Source: Isurus oxyrinchus
Lineage: Eukaryota
Direction of reading: 5' to 3'
Assembly (NCBI GenBank): GCA_026770705.1
Contig: JANJGN010000035.1
Location: 6,386,001 to 6,450,000, forward strand
Length of the DNA stretch: 64,000 nucleotides
The notes under the pieces are model-generated. The model made no database searches. It was not told where the DNA came from and saw only the letters and a list, made by a program, of their open reading frames with translations. Each line of letters starts with the position of its first letter. Position 1 is the stretch's first letter. Shown piece after piece: positions 39,625-53,469 of the stretch. Both the position numbers and the translations under genes were made by a program.

Positions 39625-40510
39625 TTAACTTAGTTGCGATTTTGATCTTGTACCATCGAAATTGTGGTCTCTCTAAATGTGTGACTTGATACCTCGTGGC
39701 CATGGCAGCAGCAGAACGTCTAGTCGTGGTTTCCGATGTCATATTAAGGTCTATCATTGGTAATTATTTCCCTGTTTCGTTCTTGCCCATCACCATCTTT
39801 TGTCGTCTCAATGCAGTCTTGCTTTTTGCTGTCACAAGAAACTTCAGTCTGGTTCACAGTAGCTTTCAGCTTCGATGGATTTGTGGCAATTTGTTGCCAA
39901 AATCTGAACGCGAAATATTGCACCGACAAAGTGGCGGCTGTTGTTCTCTGTGTACTGAGTGTCATGAGTTGCTTGAAAATTATTCCTTGGTACTGTGTAT
40001 TTGACCATGAATATATCATGGATAAAGTACCGCGAGGTTCTGTAATGAAAGAGGCCTTTTTTTACTGAATCTGCGTGGGGAACATTTGAATTGTTTCACC
40101 TTATTGTAACCCCTTGTGTACCATTTGTCCTGATAATAATTTTCAACACTGTAACCGCGAGGCACATTTTAGCGGCCACTATATTCCGAAAGGCCCTGAG
40201 GGGCCGCATTGATGTAAAGAGAGTCAATGATCCTGAAATAGAAAATCGAAATAAATCCATCCTCTTACTCTTCAGTGTATTTGGCGCATTCATACTTTTG
40301 TGGAGCACAGAAGTTGTATATTTGATATCTCGACATGTAACAAATTCTTTGCATTATTTGACTAGTGACTTTGAAACAGTCGGAATTATGCTTCAATTGC
40401 TTAATACCTGCAACAACGCAAGTATTTATGGCCTGACCCAGAGAACGTTCAGAGAGGAGCTGAAGGAGGCGGTTAGTTATCCAGTACAACTGATTATAAA
40501 ACTATTTTAA
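39625..40510 (+). pseudogene. GPR139/GPR142-like class A GPCR pseudogene (main exon)
   Basis: Acceptor cttacag at 39624; VNLVAILILYHRNCGLSKCVT*YLVAMAAAERL, SVWFTVAFSFDGFVAICCQ..KYCT, TPCVPF, DPEIENRNKS, NNASIYGLTQRTFREEL; one TGA and two frameshifts (~39835, ~40060). Confidence 0.9.
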
Positions 40511-41329
40511 AGGTAGATATAGACGTTGAAATTCCCTATGCTGTCGTTGGCCAAGAAATTCGGAAATACATCATGTTCACTGATGGCACGGAAATTCATG
40601 CAAAACAATTAATAACGTTCTAACTACAAAATATAACTATTCCTTAGGAAATCGTGAGATATTCATTTGAAGTAAATACTATGCTATAATTAAACCTTGG
40701 ATAAAACACGATCAAAGGGTCCGTTTGAACCATTGCCTATTTATTATAACCCACGTAGTTCCCAGTGTCATGGACCAATATTTGGATGCAACTCTTTGGA
40801 TCAGAATACAGTAAAAATAAGGGAACATGAGGACTGTGTTAAACTTGTGACTTAGATTTCAAATTTCAAAGAGGAGATCATAAGAGCTAATTGCCCCTTT
40901 GTTGCTGTGTATCAATGTTTCTGTACTGCAAAAAAAAAAGTAATGGGAGGTAAGGTTGGGACTGCATAAGCAAATCTATGAAATAAATAAACAACATGAT
41001 AGACTATGAATAGTAATATTGGCACATATCTCTGTATCATGAAAAAAACACTTTATGTAGTACATCGGTTATGAAAATTTCCTTTGGCTCACCTAATGGA
41101 ACAGATTTAATTCCGATTGTTTTCAAGATAATTTAACAACTTTTACCAGCTGCATCATATAGCCTGCGGGGTGCAGTTTTCCCATTTCAAACTAGTACTT
41201 CCTTGAAGTGTTTATTGTCCGGAATGATTGAGGCATTAAACATTTCAATTACATTTCGTAACGCTTCACTGGCACTTTCATTAAAACCAACGAGTTGCTT
41301 GTGCATTGTGTGAAAGCAGCATAGGGCTT

Positions 41330-42720
41330 ATCACCAAGTCACATCTGGTCTGCCACCTTTCTCCACTCATTTGGGACTTCCCCTACTTTGAACATTTCAT
41401 GTTGTTCCCATCCTTATAACACCCCTCTCCCATAGGAGCGGAGGGGCGAAAGTGGAGAAGACATCTTGGTGATAAATTTTGCAAAGTGCTAGAGTAGGTG
41501 GGAAACAAACATGCCAACTGAAAGACATCCAAATTTTTCACTAAAGTCCCTTGACTGCTTTCTTCCCTAAGCTTCTCCACAGAGAGCCTTCTCACTATTT
41601 ATAATTTCAACCTCCATATTGATTTACAGTGCAATCTGTTCTCTAAGTTCAGTTTCCACCTATCCCCCCTTAATCAGTCCTCCATAAACAAATGCTTTGC
41701 AATCCCAGTTGATAGCCACACTCTTGACCAGGCTGTGTAATTTGAGCTGGCTACTCCCATCCAAGGCCACTCACGGATCCGAGCGTCTGTGATAGTTTAT
41801 TTTTGAAATTGCTCTTTTTTCTCCGAGCCAACCTCACTTCGTTCCATGTCCAATGACAATTGCAAATTCACTTTCAAATTGTCAACTGTCCAACATGAGT
41901 CCCAACACTGATCACGACATTCATGATACTACAAAACTTCTTAAGAAGCCTTATATTCAATCACGATACCCTGGTCCCCGTTAAAACCCATGTACCCTGT
42001 CAAACTGATCACCCCATCTGGATGACCACGACCAAGAGGAGGTCCTAAGTTCAATGGATGCAAACCTGGATGTTTTAAGCAGAAATCTGGTTTGGCAGTT
42101 AGCATCCAGATCTGCCTCGGCCACATAAACCAGCATCAGGTCATGCTTTCATTTAAATTAGCAGAAATAAAACTCTCTCACGATTTCAGCAAAGAAAGCC
42201 CAGCTTCTTTTATCAAATGCAAGTTCTCTTATTAAAAAGAAAACCCTCATGGCTGTGTGATCTACCCTGATCTGAGAAATTCTCATAAGCTCACGAATTT
42301 CTTCCTTACAAAAACTCAGGCCATATATGCAGCTCTACATTTCAACACCCCTCATCTGCAGCACCTCACTTTATCATCTAGCCCACCTGGCCAACCCTCT
42401 TTTTAGGGTCCTTATGCACAAAGCAGATGCTATTTAGTTACTTTCTTAGCTTGCCTCATGCTTTTCCCATGCTGATCATCTTGCCCATGAAACCCACGTC
42501 CCATTCCCTCATCAGAATTCTCACTACTGATGTCCAATGGCCAACTTCCCTGCCTGGTTCTCATGTTAGATAGCATTCTTAATATTCTCTGTCCACAGAA
42601 ACTCTCCCCCTCACTTTTAAATCTGCTGTCATCAACAATCTCTTCAAAAATGGAGACTTATTAACTTCTAAATTACCAATTTCCACCGCATCTTTAAACT
42701 ATCTTTCCAACGTCCTTGTA
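41330..42720 (-). mobile_element. Possible decayed LTR-retroelement/ERV gag-like relic
   Basis: PSAP motif in ORF 41383-41595 and a WPL-like stretch near 42540; weak. Confidence 0.2.
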
Positions 42721-42724
42721 TTGT

Positions 42725-45700
42725 AAACATAGAAACATAGAACATATGAGCAGGAGTAGGCCATTTGGCCCTTCGAGCCTGCTCAGACATTCATTGTGAT
42801 CATGACTGATCATCAAACTCAATAGCCTGCTCCCGCTTTCACCTGGTATCCTTTGATCCCTTTTGCCCCACGGGCTATATCAATTTCCTTCATGAAAACA
42901 TACAATTATTTGGCCTGAACAGATTTTTGTGGTAGCGAATTCCCGAGGGTCACCATCCTATGGCTGAAGAAATTTCTCCTCATCTCAGTCCTAAATGATC
43001 TACCCCAAAACTACAGACTGTGACCCCTTGGTTCTGGGCTCCCTCAACATCGGGAACATCCTTTCTGCCTCTAACCTTTCTAGTCCTGTTAGAATTTTGT
43101 ATGTTTCCATGAGATCCCCCTCATTCTTCTGAACTACAGTGAATAAAATGAAAACCGACTCAATCGCTCCTCATGTGTCAGTCCCGCTATCCCAGGAATC
43201 AAACTGGTAAACTTTCGCTGCACTCCCTCTATCGCAAAAACATCCCCAGATCAGGAGGCCAAAATTGCACATATTATTACAGATGTGGTCTCACCAAGGC
43301 CCAGTATAATTGCTGCAGGACATCCCTGCTCCTGCAGTCGAATCCTTTCGCCATGAAGGCCAGCATTCTATTTACTTTCTTTAACGTCTGCTGCACCTGT
43401 TTACCTTCAGTGACTTGTTTATGAGGACACTCAAGTCACATTGCAGATTCCTCTCTCTCAAGTTTTACCCATTCAGATAATAATCTGCCTTCATGTTTTT
43501 GCGAGCAAAGTGGATAATCTCACATTTATCCACATTATACTGCCCCTGCCTTGCATTTGCGCACTCACTCAGCTTGTACAAATCATACTGAAGCATCTCT
43601 GCATCCTCCTCACAGCTCTCCCTCATACCCAACTATGTGTCATCTGTAAATCTGGAAATGTTACATTTAGTTCCCTCATCTAAAAAATTAATATATATGG
43701 TTAATAACTGCGGTCCCAGTACCAATCACTGGGGTGCCCCACCAGACATTGCCTGCCATTCGGAAAAATAACCGTTTATTCCTATTCTTTGTTTCGTGTC
43801 TGCCACACAGTTTTCACGGCATCTTAATAAACTACCCCCAATTCCATGCGCGTTAATTTAACACGCTAATCTCTCATGTGGGACTTTGTCGAAAGCCTTC
43901 TGAAAGTCCAAATAAACCACATACACCGGCTCCCCCGATCAACTGTATTGGTTACACCCTCGAAAAAGTCGAATAGATTTGTCAAGTACGATTTCCCTTT
44001 CGTCAATCCATGCTTACTCTCTCCGATTCTGCCTCTGATTTCCGCGTTCCCAGGTTTTAAATCTTTTAAAGTGGACACTAACATTTTCCCCACTACCGAC
44101 GTCAGGCTGATTGGTCTATAATTTCCTATTGTCTCTCTACCTTCATTTGTAAATAGTGTGGTTACATTCGCTGCCCTCCTATCTGTAGGACATGTTTCAG
44201 ACTCTAACGAATCCCGGAAGATGACCATCAATATATCCACTATTTCTAGAGCCACTTCCTTAAGTAGTTTGGGATGTACATTATCAGACCCTGAGAATTT
44301 GTCGGCCTTCAATTCCATCAATTTGCACAACACCATTTCCCTATTAATATTGATTCCTTTCAGTTCCTCCTTCTCACTAAACCCTGTGTTCCCCAAAGTT
44401 TGTAGCATGCTATTTGTGTCCTCCTTTGTGAGGACAGAACAGAAGTATGTATTTAATTAATTGGTCAGCCATATATTTGCTCCCAATTATGATTTCCCGT
44501 TTCTGACTGCAATAGATCTTCAGTTGCCTTCACCATTCTTTCCTCCTCACATATCTATAGAAAGTTTTACAGTCAGTTTTTATGTTCCATGCAAGATTAC
44601 ACTTGTACCTATTTCCCCATTATTAATCAATCCCTTGGTCCTCCTTTGCTGAGTTCTAAACTGCTCCCAATCCTCATGTCTGTTGTTCTTTTTGGCCAAT
44701 CTGTATGCCTCTTCATTGAATTTAACGCTATCTCTAATTTCCCTTGTAAGCCATGGTTTAGCCACCTTTCCTGTTTTACCTTTGTGCCAGACAGGAATAA
44801 ACAATCGTTGCAGTTTACCCATGCGCTCTTTAATTGTTTGCCATTGCCTATCCACCATCATCCCTTTAAATAACGTTTACCAAACCATCATATCCAACTC
44901 GCGCCTCATTCCGTCTTAGTTTCCTTTATTAAGATTCAGGATACAAGTCACAGAATCAACTACGTCAGGCTCCATCTTGATGAGCAACTCTACCATATTA
45001 TGGTCGCTCATCCCCAAGGGGCCTCGCACAACTAGATTGCCAATTATTCCTTCCTCATTACACAATACCCAGTCTAGGATGGCCAGTTCTCTAGTTGGTT
45101 CCTCAATGTATTGGTCCATAAAACCATCACGTCTTTTCTCCAGGCATTCTTCCTTTGCGGCATTGTTACAAATTTGACGTGCCCAATATATATGCAGATT
45201 GAAGTCGTCTTTAATTAGAGATTTTCTTTATTGCATGCTTCTCTAATTTCCTGTTTAATGCCATTCCCAACATCACCACTACAGTTTGGGTGTCTATATG
45301 AAAACCCCACTAACACTTTTGTCCTCCTTGGTGTTTCTTAGCTCTACCTATTCGGATTCCACATCGTCGGGGCTAATATATTTCCTCATTACTGTGTTAA
45401 TTTCCTTTTAAGCCAGAAATGCAACCCCACTGCCTTTCTATTTTTTCTGTCCTTCCAAAATACTGAATTATTCTGGATGTCCAGTTCTCATCCCTGGTCA
45501 CTCTGCAGCTATTTTTCCGTATTCACGAACATATCGCACCTGTTTACACCTAGTTGCACATTTAATTCATCCACTTAATTGTGAATGCTCCTCGCATAAA
45601 GGCACAAAGCCTTGAGGCTTGTCTTTTTAACATTACTTGTCCCTTTCGCATTGTTTTTCTCAGAGGCACTGTTTGATTCTTGCCCTTGATTTCTCTTCCT

Positions 45701-47180
45701 ATCACTTTTCTTATTCCATAATATTATAGTATTATTCTTGTCTTTGATAACCCCTCCTCTGACTCCTTGCATGGGTTCCCATCCCCTTACCATTTTAGTT
45801 TAAACGCTCACCTACCACTCTGACAAATATACCCCCTCGGGAACAGTGCCAGTCCTGCCTGGGTGTAACCTGTCCAGTTTGTACTGGTCCTCCTCCCCCA
45901 GAACCTATCCCAATTTCCCAGGATCTGAAAACTTCCCCGTCACACCATCTCTTCCGCCATGTAGTCAACCAATATATCCTACTATTTCGACTCTGACTGG
46001 TAGCAATCCTAAGATCACTATCTTTGAGGTCCTACTTTTCATGTTGCCTCCTAGCTCCCTCTTATCAGCTTTTAGCATCACTTCCCTTTTTCAAACTATG
46101 TCGTTTGTACCAATGTTTTCCATAACCACTGACTGTTACCCTCCCCCTTCAGAATGACCTGTGGCTGCTCTGAGACATATTTGAGCCTAGCAGCAGGGAG
46201 GCAATGTGCCATCCTGGAGGCTAGTTTTTCGCCATAGAATCACCTATCTATTCCCTTACAATGAGTCATTTACAGCCATTGCATTCCCACAATGTTTAGA
46301 CCTCACTTGTTCAGCAGAGCCAACCGTGGGGCAACGAATATGGCTGTTCCTGCTTTCTCCTGAGAAGCCATTCCCCTCAACAGTATCCAGCGTGGTATAT
46401 CTGTTTTGCAAGGGGAAGAGCCACAGGAGATTCCTGCACCGCCTTTCGAGACCTCTTGCTGTGCATCATTGTCGTCCATTCCCTTCCTGCCTGTGGGCTC
46501 TTAGACTGTGGTGTGCCACCCCTCCATACGTGATATCCATGACAGTCTTTGCCTCACGGAAGCTCTAGAGGGACCCCAGCCATCGTTCGAACTCTGAAAC
46601 CAGGTCTTCCAGGTGCTGCAGCTGGAGGCACTTCCAGCAAACTTGCTGGCCCCGGTTACTGGAATTGTTCCCGGCTTCCCACATAGAGCAGGAGGAGCAC
46701 AGCACGAATTTGACCACTCCTACCATGTCTTGCCCATTTAAGTTGAGTTAAATCTATTGGAAGACGATTAATGTCAAATATTACCAGTTACCACATGACC
46801 CTTCTTCCCTGTTACTCGTTGTTACAGAATATAACCCTTGCAAATGTGAAACAGAAAACAAGACCTTAAAAAGAATAAGCAATAAAAATAATAAATACCT
46901 ACCCTACCATACTCAATGTCCTCAAAGGAACACCTCATTCCCTCCTCACTTATCTCCCTCAGTCGCCAAACTCCCACTTATGCACTCTAATGCAGCCCAA
47001 AGCAGCACTCCAATGCAGGCAAAGCCAGCACTGTAAGATGCCCTCTTCTTATATTCTCTGAATTAAGTCTCTGAAAATCTGTTTAAGCCAATTATCTAAT
47101 TAACTACTTGTAGCTGCAATCAGAGCCTTTGTAAAGCCTTTTATTAAAGCTGGATTAAAACTCACCTTTTCCAACCAATC
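42725..47180 (-). mobile_element. Near full-length, decayed CR1 LINE (ORF1 Zn-finger/esterase-type and ORF2 APE-RT)
   Basis: ORF1 CSSCSMWEA at ~46700; LCLYARSIHN, EPTRELAILDWVLCN..LGMSDHNM, GNYRPISLTSVVGK, HGLTKGKSYLTNL; catagaaacatagaa tail. Confidence 0.9.
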
Positions 47181-47289
47181 AGCAAATGGGTTGTGGGATT
47201 GCGGAGTGGTTTGTTGAGCGTGGTAGGGGTCGGGGGCCGTAAAATGCACTGTCGTTCAAAGGTCAGTTGACATTGGCAGGACCAGGAAA

Positions 47290-48700
47290 TTCCGCCGACT
47301 GGAGGGGCTGTAAAAGTTTCCCCATATGCTGTGAGTTAGAATTGGAGGTTTTCGACAGATCTGACTTATTTAGCTGAACAGTTACCCAGACAATGTTAGA
47401 TTTGTCAATCCATTCCAAATCCAGGGCTAAGGCACAAATTACGCACCTCACTCACACCCCCACTACAAGAAAACACTTGACTATTCCGCCCCCAAACTCG
47501 CCCATTAGCTCCAGACTTCTCACAGACCAACCCAACCCGACCTCAGCACCGAAAGTTCGCTTGATCCCCGAAAGCTCCTGAACAAGCATCACACGACCCC
47601 ACCAGCTAACTCCCACTCGATCTTGACTGGCCAACAAAGCAAACTGACCATCGCAAGACTACCCCACAGAATCACGACTCTTATCTATCACACAAACTCT
47701 CCCCCACCTTACATTAATAACATCTACCACTCGACTCCCTTGGTGAGCAATAGACTCCCCCCTCTCCAGCAGATATGACTGGACACAAACACGGGACTTC
47801 AGTTTTCCATTTATACCACAGTTGGACTCGACCGGACGATTTGCCACCACACGGCATTCCCGTTCCCTGGCTTGAGACGCCTCGCAAACCGATCCAAATA
47901 ATCACCAACCCATCTAAACACACAACCGCATTCCACTCTACACATTTCACCCACGCAACCCACCTAACCCCTTGTAAACCTGTCACTATCCTCCTCACCT
48001 AACTCACCCTGCTACTCAACGCAGACACCAGCCTTCTGCCATCTTCAGCAATTGCTGCTCTTTCTGCCTTGCACGCTGCTACCCTCCCACCTCCTACACT
48101 AACCAATAGCCAATCTGCCACTCTCCCTCCCGAGCCACACTGCCACACTAACCATCTGACACCCTGTCCACTTGCCAACATGCTGATCGCCACGCTATCA
48201 CCACACCATCAGCTAGACTTCTACCCTACTCAGTCACCACACACCCCACCTGCCAGAATGCCGTACGACCTGTCCCTCACCCTGCCACTGAGTGCACTGG
48301 CCGCACTACACCTTACCATGTGCCATTGCACGCAGCTGCCATATTGCCACCTCCAACTTCTATCCTGCCCAGCTACCACCGTGGACATCCGCCACACCAC
48401 AAACCTACACACTTGCCACCTACCCACAGCTATCCTAGCCAGTGACCACCCTGCCCATCTTCCACCCTAGCACCTCACCCAGCTGCCACTGTACTAACGG
48501 ACTATCATACCCAGTTACCACACTACCAATCCTCTATTATGCTACACTACCTGACTGCCATCCTAAGCAACTACCACACTTACCACCTACTACTCTATAA
48601 AGCTGCCACCCTGATGTCCATCACACCTGGACCCTATCTCCTTATGCACTTACACCAACCGCCATAGCCTCTCACCCGCTCGGCAGCCCTCACACATCCT
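47290..48700 (+). repeat. C/A-rich dispersed repeat (copy 3)
   Basis: Head gagttagaattgga...cagacaatgttaga...aatccagggc resembles 14300-14400; followed by a G-poor body. Confidence 0.55.
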
Positions 48701-48999
48701 AAAATCTTCTCAGCCTATCTCTTACGCACCTACTTTCTCCCCAAAGCTTTTCAAGGGGCATCTGGAACATCCAAGTCCTTATATCTTCCAGAATGCGACA
48801 ACTGCTGCTGTTTGAACGGGCTTGCCTTATCTCCCAAATCACTCTGGCTCTTCGATGAAACTTGTATGGGAACTGTCCGCTGCTCTTATCTACAGAATCC
48901 GAGATTGGAACACACGAGAGATGGAGAGCTGCAGAGTGGCGGAGAAGAAAATAAGAGCGGAGTGGAAACGCAACATTGAATGCCACTCCTGCAAATATT

Positions 49000-49115
49000 C
49001 GGAACCTTTTTACTCTCGAACTGTCTGCAGGTTTTGACACAGTTGACAACAAAGTCATTCTTCAAAGCCTCTCTATCATGATCTAGCGTGGGGCGAATAC
49101 ACCCGCCTAGTTCCA
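49000..49115 (+). mobile_element. L2 RT fragment
   Basis: LLELSAGFDTVDNKVILQSLS. Confidence 0.7.
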
Positions 49116-50113
49116 AGCATTCTTTTGCACAAGAAAACATTTGTAACCTCTGCCATCAGAAATTTCAGTTTTAAAAAAATGTATGCACACACACATATGT
49201 ATATATATATATATATATTTCCACATAAGTCGTGAGCACTGCGTTCTGTGTCGGCAATCATGGGCAGGATGCTAAAATAGACCAATAAAACACCTGTCTT
49301 TACTTAGAAAGAGTCCTGCAGCTTCAAATCAGGGAGTCCAAAGTTTTTGCAAATGGCTGTGAGGTTGACCAAGGCCCTTAATTATTTTCAGGGGAAGACA
49401 CTTCCAGGCAGTTGCTGAGGACATAAGGACGTTTTCCCACATTTCAGTCCCTTATTGCATGAAAAATGGAAAAAAAAATTGTTATAAGAATATAGGGACC
49501 TCATTGTGCCCTTTATGAACCTAGAGAATACGACGGACATTGTGCTGTATCTGGTATCTCCCCTAAACATTAGACTCCCATGAAATGTAGAAACGTGTGG
49601 CTCTCAAAGCAATGGGCTTTGAGAGAGTGCTGGTCGCTTTAAAGTACAAAAAAAAATGCGATTTTACTGGCGCATTAATTAAATGCTGTTGTGCGCTGCA
49701 ACCACAATGGTGTGAACATTTGTCACAGTGTCAGTACTCCGTTCACTCTTCTACCAATATCTGCCCCCCACCCAGCACCGACTCCACTCCCGCCCCGCCC
49801 ACCTCAACTCTAGTGTGTTCTTTTAGTGGCTGATAAATCCATTCTATAAGCAAACATGCCTGGCCGGAGCACTTACAATAAGAGCTAATTTATTTGAGAA
49901 TTTTAGATATTTATATTTTTCAGTCATAATTTTCAACAAATGGACCCAAGATTAGTTCACTGAGGGTAACTATACATTTTTCAGGAATTGACAAAAAAAT
50001 CTGTCAACAGTCTGACAAACTTACTAGCCCTGGTGTGCTGCATTGTAATGCTGGTCTGTTCAACAGGAGCAACATTCCAAGAGATGGAAAGCATCATGCA
50101 ATACGGCATTTAT

Positions 50114-50305
50114 TTATGCTTCCTCATTTGTCCCATAATTATGTTTTGTGCGTTTCCAGAGTTTCCCCTCATTGATGTGCTCAAACACAGCATCTAAGGC
50201 TTGGTCGAACAAGCCCTGGAAGAAGATGGCGCCCAGCAAAATGCTCACTATGAAAGTGGGAGTTCTCTTGAACATCAGGTTGTAAAGCTGTGTCAAATGC
50301 GACAT
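50114..50305 (-). pseudogene. UQCR10: Processed retrocopy of cytochrome b-c1 complex subunit 9 (ORF intact, 63 aa)
   Basis: LYNLMFKRTPTF...FFQGLFDQALDAVFEHINEGKLWKRTKHNY matches UQCR10; no intron; AATAAA on the minus strand at 49889-49894. Confidence 0.88.
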
Positions 50306-53300
50306 CTTCCAGTTGCCACAAGAAGCATCATGCTGTAATCGAGTTGATGCTGAACACAGGTGACGCTTCTTTGTGCCTTACGAAGAAACCTCCTTTGTTC
50401 GCTAGGTTTGCCGTGGTTTGTGCTGTGCATCTTGAACGTGCTGGCCACCATGAGATCACAGGACTTGCCACCACCAACTTTGAGAACACCTCAGGAAGAG
50501 AAGGAGGAGGAGGAGTTTTAGACCCGGGCATTTATTGCAAAACAGTCCTACACCTTTCCATTTACATATACTGACCATAAGCGAGACATCTTGGCAACTT
50601 TCGTGAAGCAAAGGTCTCACAGAACAGTATTTTCGAATCAACTTTATGCGGCATATTAGCCAATGTTCTATGCAAAACTCGTCTTACCAACTTTTCCCAT
50701 TCCTGCTTAAAGGCAGGTCTTACATTTTCCTTTCGCTGCCCTGCTTCCCCTGTGTACTGCTACCCCAAACGCTGCCGTATGACTTACGGGACACTGCGGC
50801 AGTTGTTGCATTCACAGAAAGCCAATTTTTCATTCTTTCATGGGCTAATGTTTGTTTCCTAATCCATAATTGCTTAACAACTGAGTGGCTTGCTAGGCCA
50901 TTTTAGAAGACATAAAGAATCACAAGAATGGAGTCAAATGTAAACCACATCGGTTAAGAATGACAGATTTTCTGCAATAAAATGCATCTTTGAACCATTT
51001 TTTTAAACGACAACTGATGGTAATTTCGTAGTAATCATCACTGAGAACGGCGTTCTATTCAGTATTTATTAAGCAAATTCAAATCCCAGCAGCTGCCCTA
51101 GCGGTTTTTAAACCTAGGCATTTAGAACATTAGACTTGGCCTGTGGATTCGCAGTCCAACAACATTGCCGCCCCTGTTTGTCACCCAGCCACAGGCAGGC
51201 ATATCTCACTATGGACTGTAGCAAATTAGGTTGGCTGGTTGAACGTCAAGATCTGAGATATTGATGGAGTGAATGTGATGGGAGGAAGAGATGCATCCTT
51301 CCCAGAAAGGGCACCAGGTTTCTGTTCCACCAACCATTGCATTCCTTAAGAGAGCTCCTATCAATTCTATAGAATTCATGTCATCTTGCAGGAGTTCAAT
51401 TTTTGGTGTACTGTGAAAACCTTGAAATTTTAATACAGCACTTATGGGATCCATGACCTTGATGACGTAGGCATCAAACTGTATGCTCATTCCTGAGCAT
51501 TTATCACAACAACCTTAGCTTCTGCTGCATCACCAGGTCATCGGCTGGCTCCTGATTGTGCTGTCAGTGAAGTTGAGTCATCAGCCGGATCGTAAGGCTT
51601 CATGCCGAATCCACAAGTCATGCTGTTTATGTGTAATAGGCTCGGAAAGGAAACATAAGCCCCAAGTTAGACACATAATCCTCCGTGCTCCTCGACAATG
51701 TCGACCAAACGATCAACTTCCTCTACACTTGTTTATCTGCTTAAAAATATGTAATGTACAAATATAAATTCTCCGCAGGAGATCTCGTGTAGACCTTCCT
51801 CTTGGAGAGGGAATAATCACCAACTCTTTCTCTCTGTGTTAGATGCAGGCCGCCAGTCCATGGCTGCTTATCACGTGTAAGCGTAGTATCTATTTTAACC
51901 TCCTGTTATTGTCAATTGTCAATTGTCAATTTCCAAGATGCTGATGCTGATTTCCGTTTTCAGCTGCGATGTTTCTTCCTCATCAAATTCTCCTGCCTCT
52001 AGGCGTTCAACCTGCGGCACCACTTCCTAACCAGGGACCAGCTCTTGCGATTTTGAAAGCAAAAAAAAACCACTTGGGCAAGGTTGGCGTGAGGGGAAGG
52101 GGCGTCGTAAAAGGTGAATGATTACGCCATCTGCTGATAGCCAATCAAAACAGATTTTAGATTGATGTTGAAGCCGGGTGGAAAAAAAGCCAACTCTGCC
52201 TTCACTTTTTCCCTCTGATGACTGCCTCATTGCTGGTGGCTTTAAATATTTCTTGCGCTGCCCCCTCCATTATCTGAGCGCGCCAGGCACTCGCCAATAA
52301 TCCACTGGTTAGTTCTTGCTCTTGCCGAAGATAGGTTACCTTGCGCTTGAACCGATGATAAAGTGTATCAATGAATTGATGCCTTGTACTTGGGTTATGC
52401 AACTTCAGCAGTTAAATTGCTACAGTGTGCGAAAGCAGTGACATTTGTGTCTTTAGCTTGCATGATTGGAAAACTGGGCCTCAATGCACAGGGCTGCAAA
52501 GGCTGCTTCAAAGACCTCCTGCGGACGTAAGTGTTTCCACATCGTTCTGCAAGTCATAAGGCAGCATCTGGGAATGCAATGCACAGGGGAAAAAGAACAG
52601 TTACAAAACCCTTGAGGCCTTCATCACTAGGCAATGAACATAGTTGATCAACATTCGATAGCCGAATGCATCGTATGTATGAGTCCAAGTTGCCAGGGTA
52701 TTTTTGATGGGCAGGCATCGGGATGTGGCACATTGCCCCATGTGGAAAACTAATGCTTAGCCACGGCATGTTAAATGCACTTACTCACGTTGCCACTAGC
52801 ATAAGACTCGCAACTTCCTTGTGATACTGAATTGAAGCACCGTGCCTAGAAAGCTGGCAGTGAACACAATGTCGCAATGCCTTCTTAATAACCCCTTGGG
52901 AGAAGTATCTCTTTGCCCTCAGTAGAAGTGTTGCACCTATGGCGCCGCAGAGCGATGGGGTATGCTATTTGGACTACTGCCCAGTTTTGTAGGTCCTTCC
53001 TTTGCTTTGGCTCCTCATTTACAATTCCCATCACTTGTTGCGGCAGGTTACACCACACATGCATGAAGCATAAACATCTTTTTAAGTATGGCAGACTTAC
53101 GTCAGGTAATAATTTCACAGGAACTTTAGGCCTCTGGTGGGCCGTACAACAACTCCACTGCGCATGTATATCTAAGCTAAACGCCACACCCATTATACTT
53201 CGCAGCATGCACAGACCTTGGATGGGGTTGTGTTAATTGCGCATCATGTTCCCGCTGCCTGATATCCAGGGTTTTGCAATGTTTCCTCCTAAGTGATGCA

Positions 53301-53469
53301 CAGGAGCGAGAAAAGACGCAGTCAGCATTTATAGGGTTACATTTCTTTCCTCTTATTATTGTTTCCGACAATTTGTTAGTTAAATTCCGTTGTTGAATTA
53401 TTTTTGGGACATGTGAGAAGAATAATAGCAATCCTCGGGAAGACATAGGCTGATGGAATGGGCAGACGT

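Noticed and set aside
47714-48470. Pro/His/Thr-rich ORFs (also 15063-15380)
   Set aside because: Products of C/A-rich low-complexity DNA.
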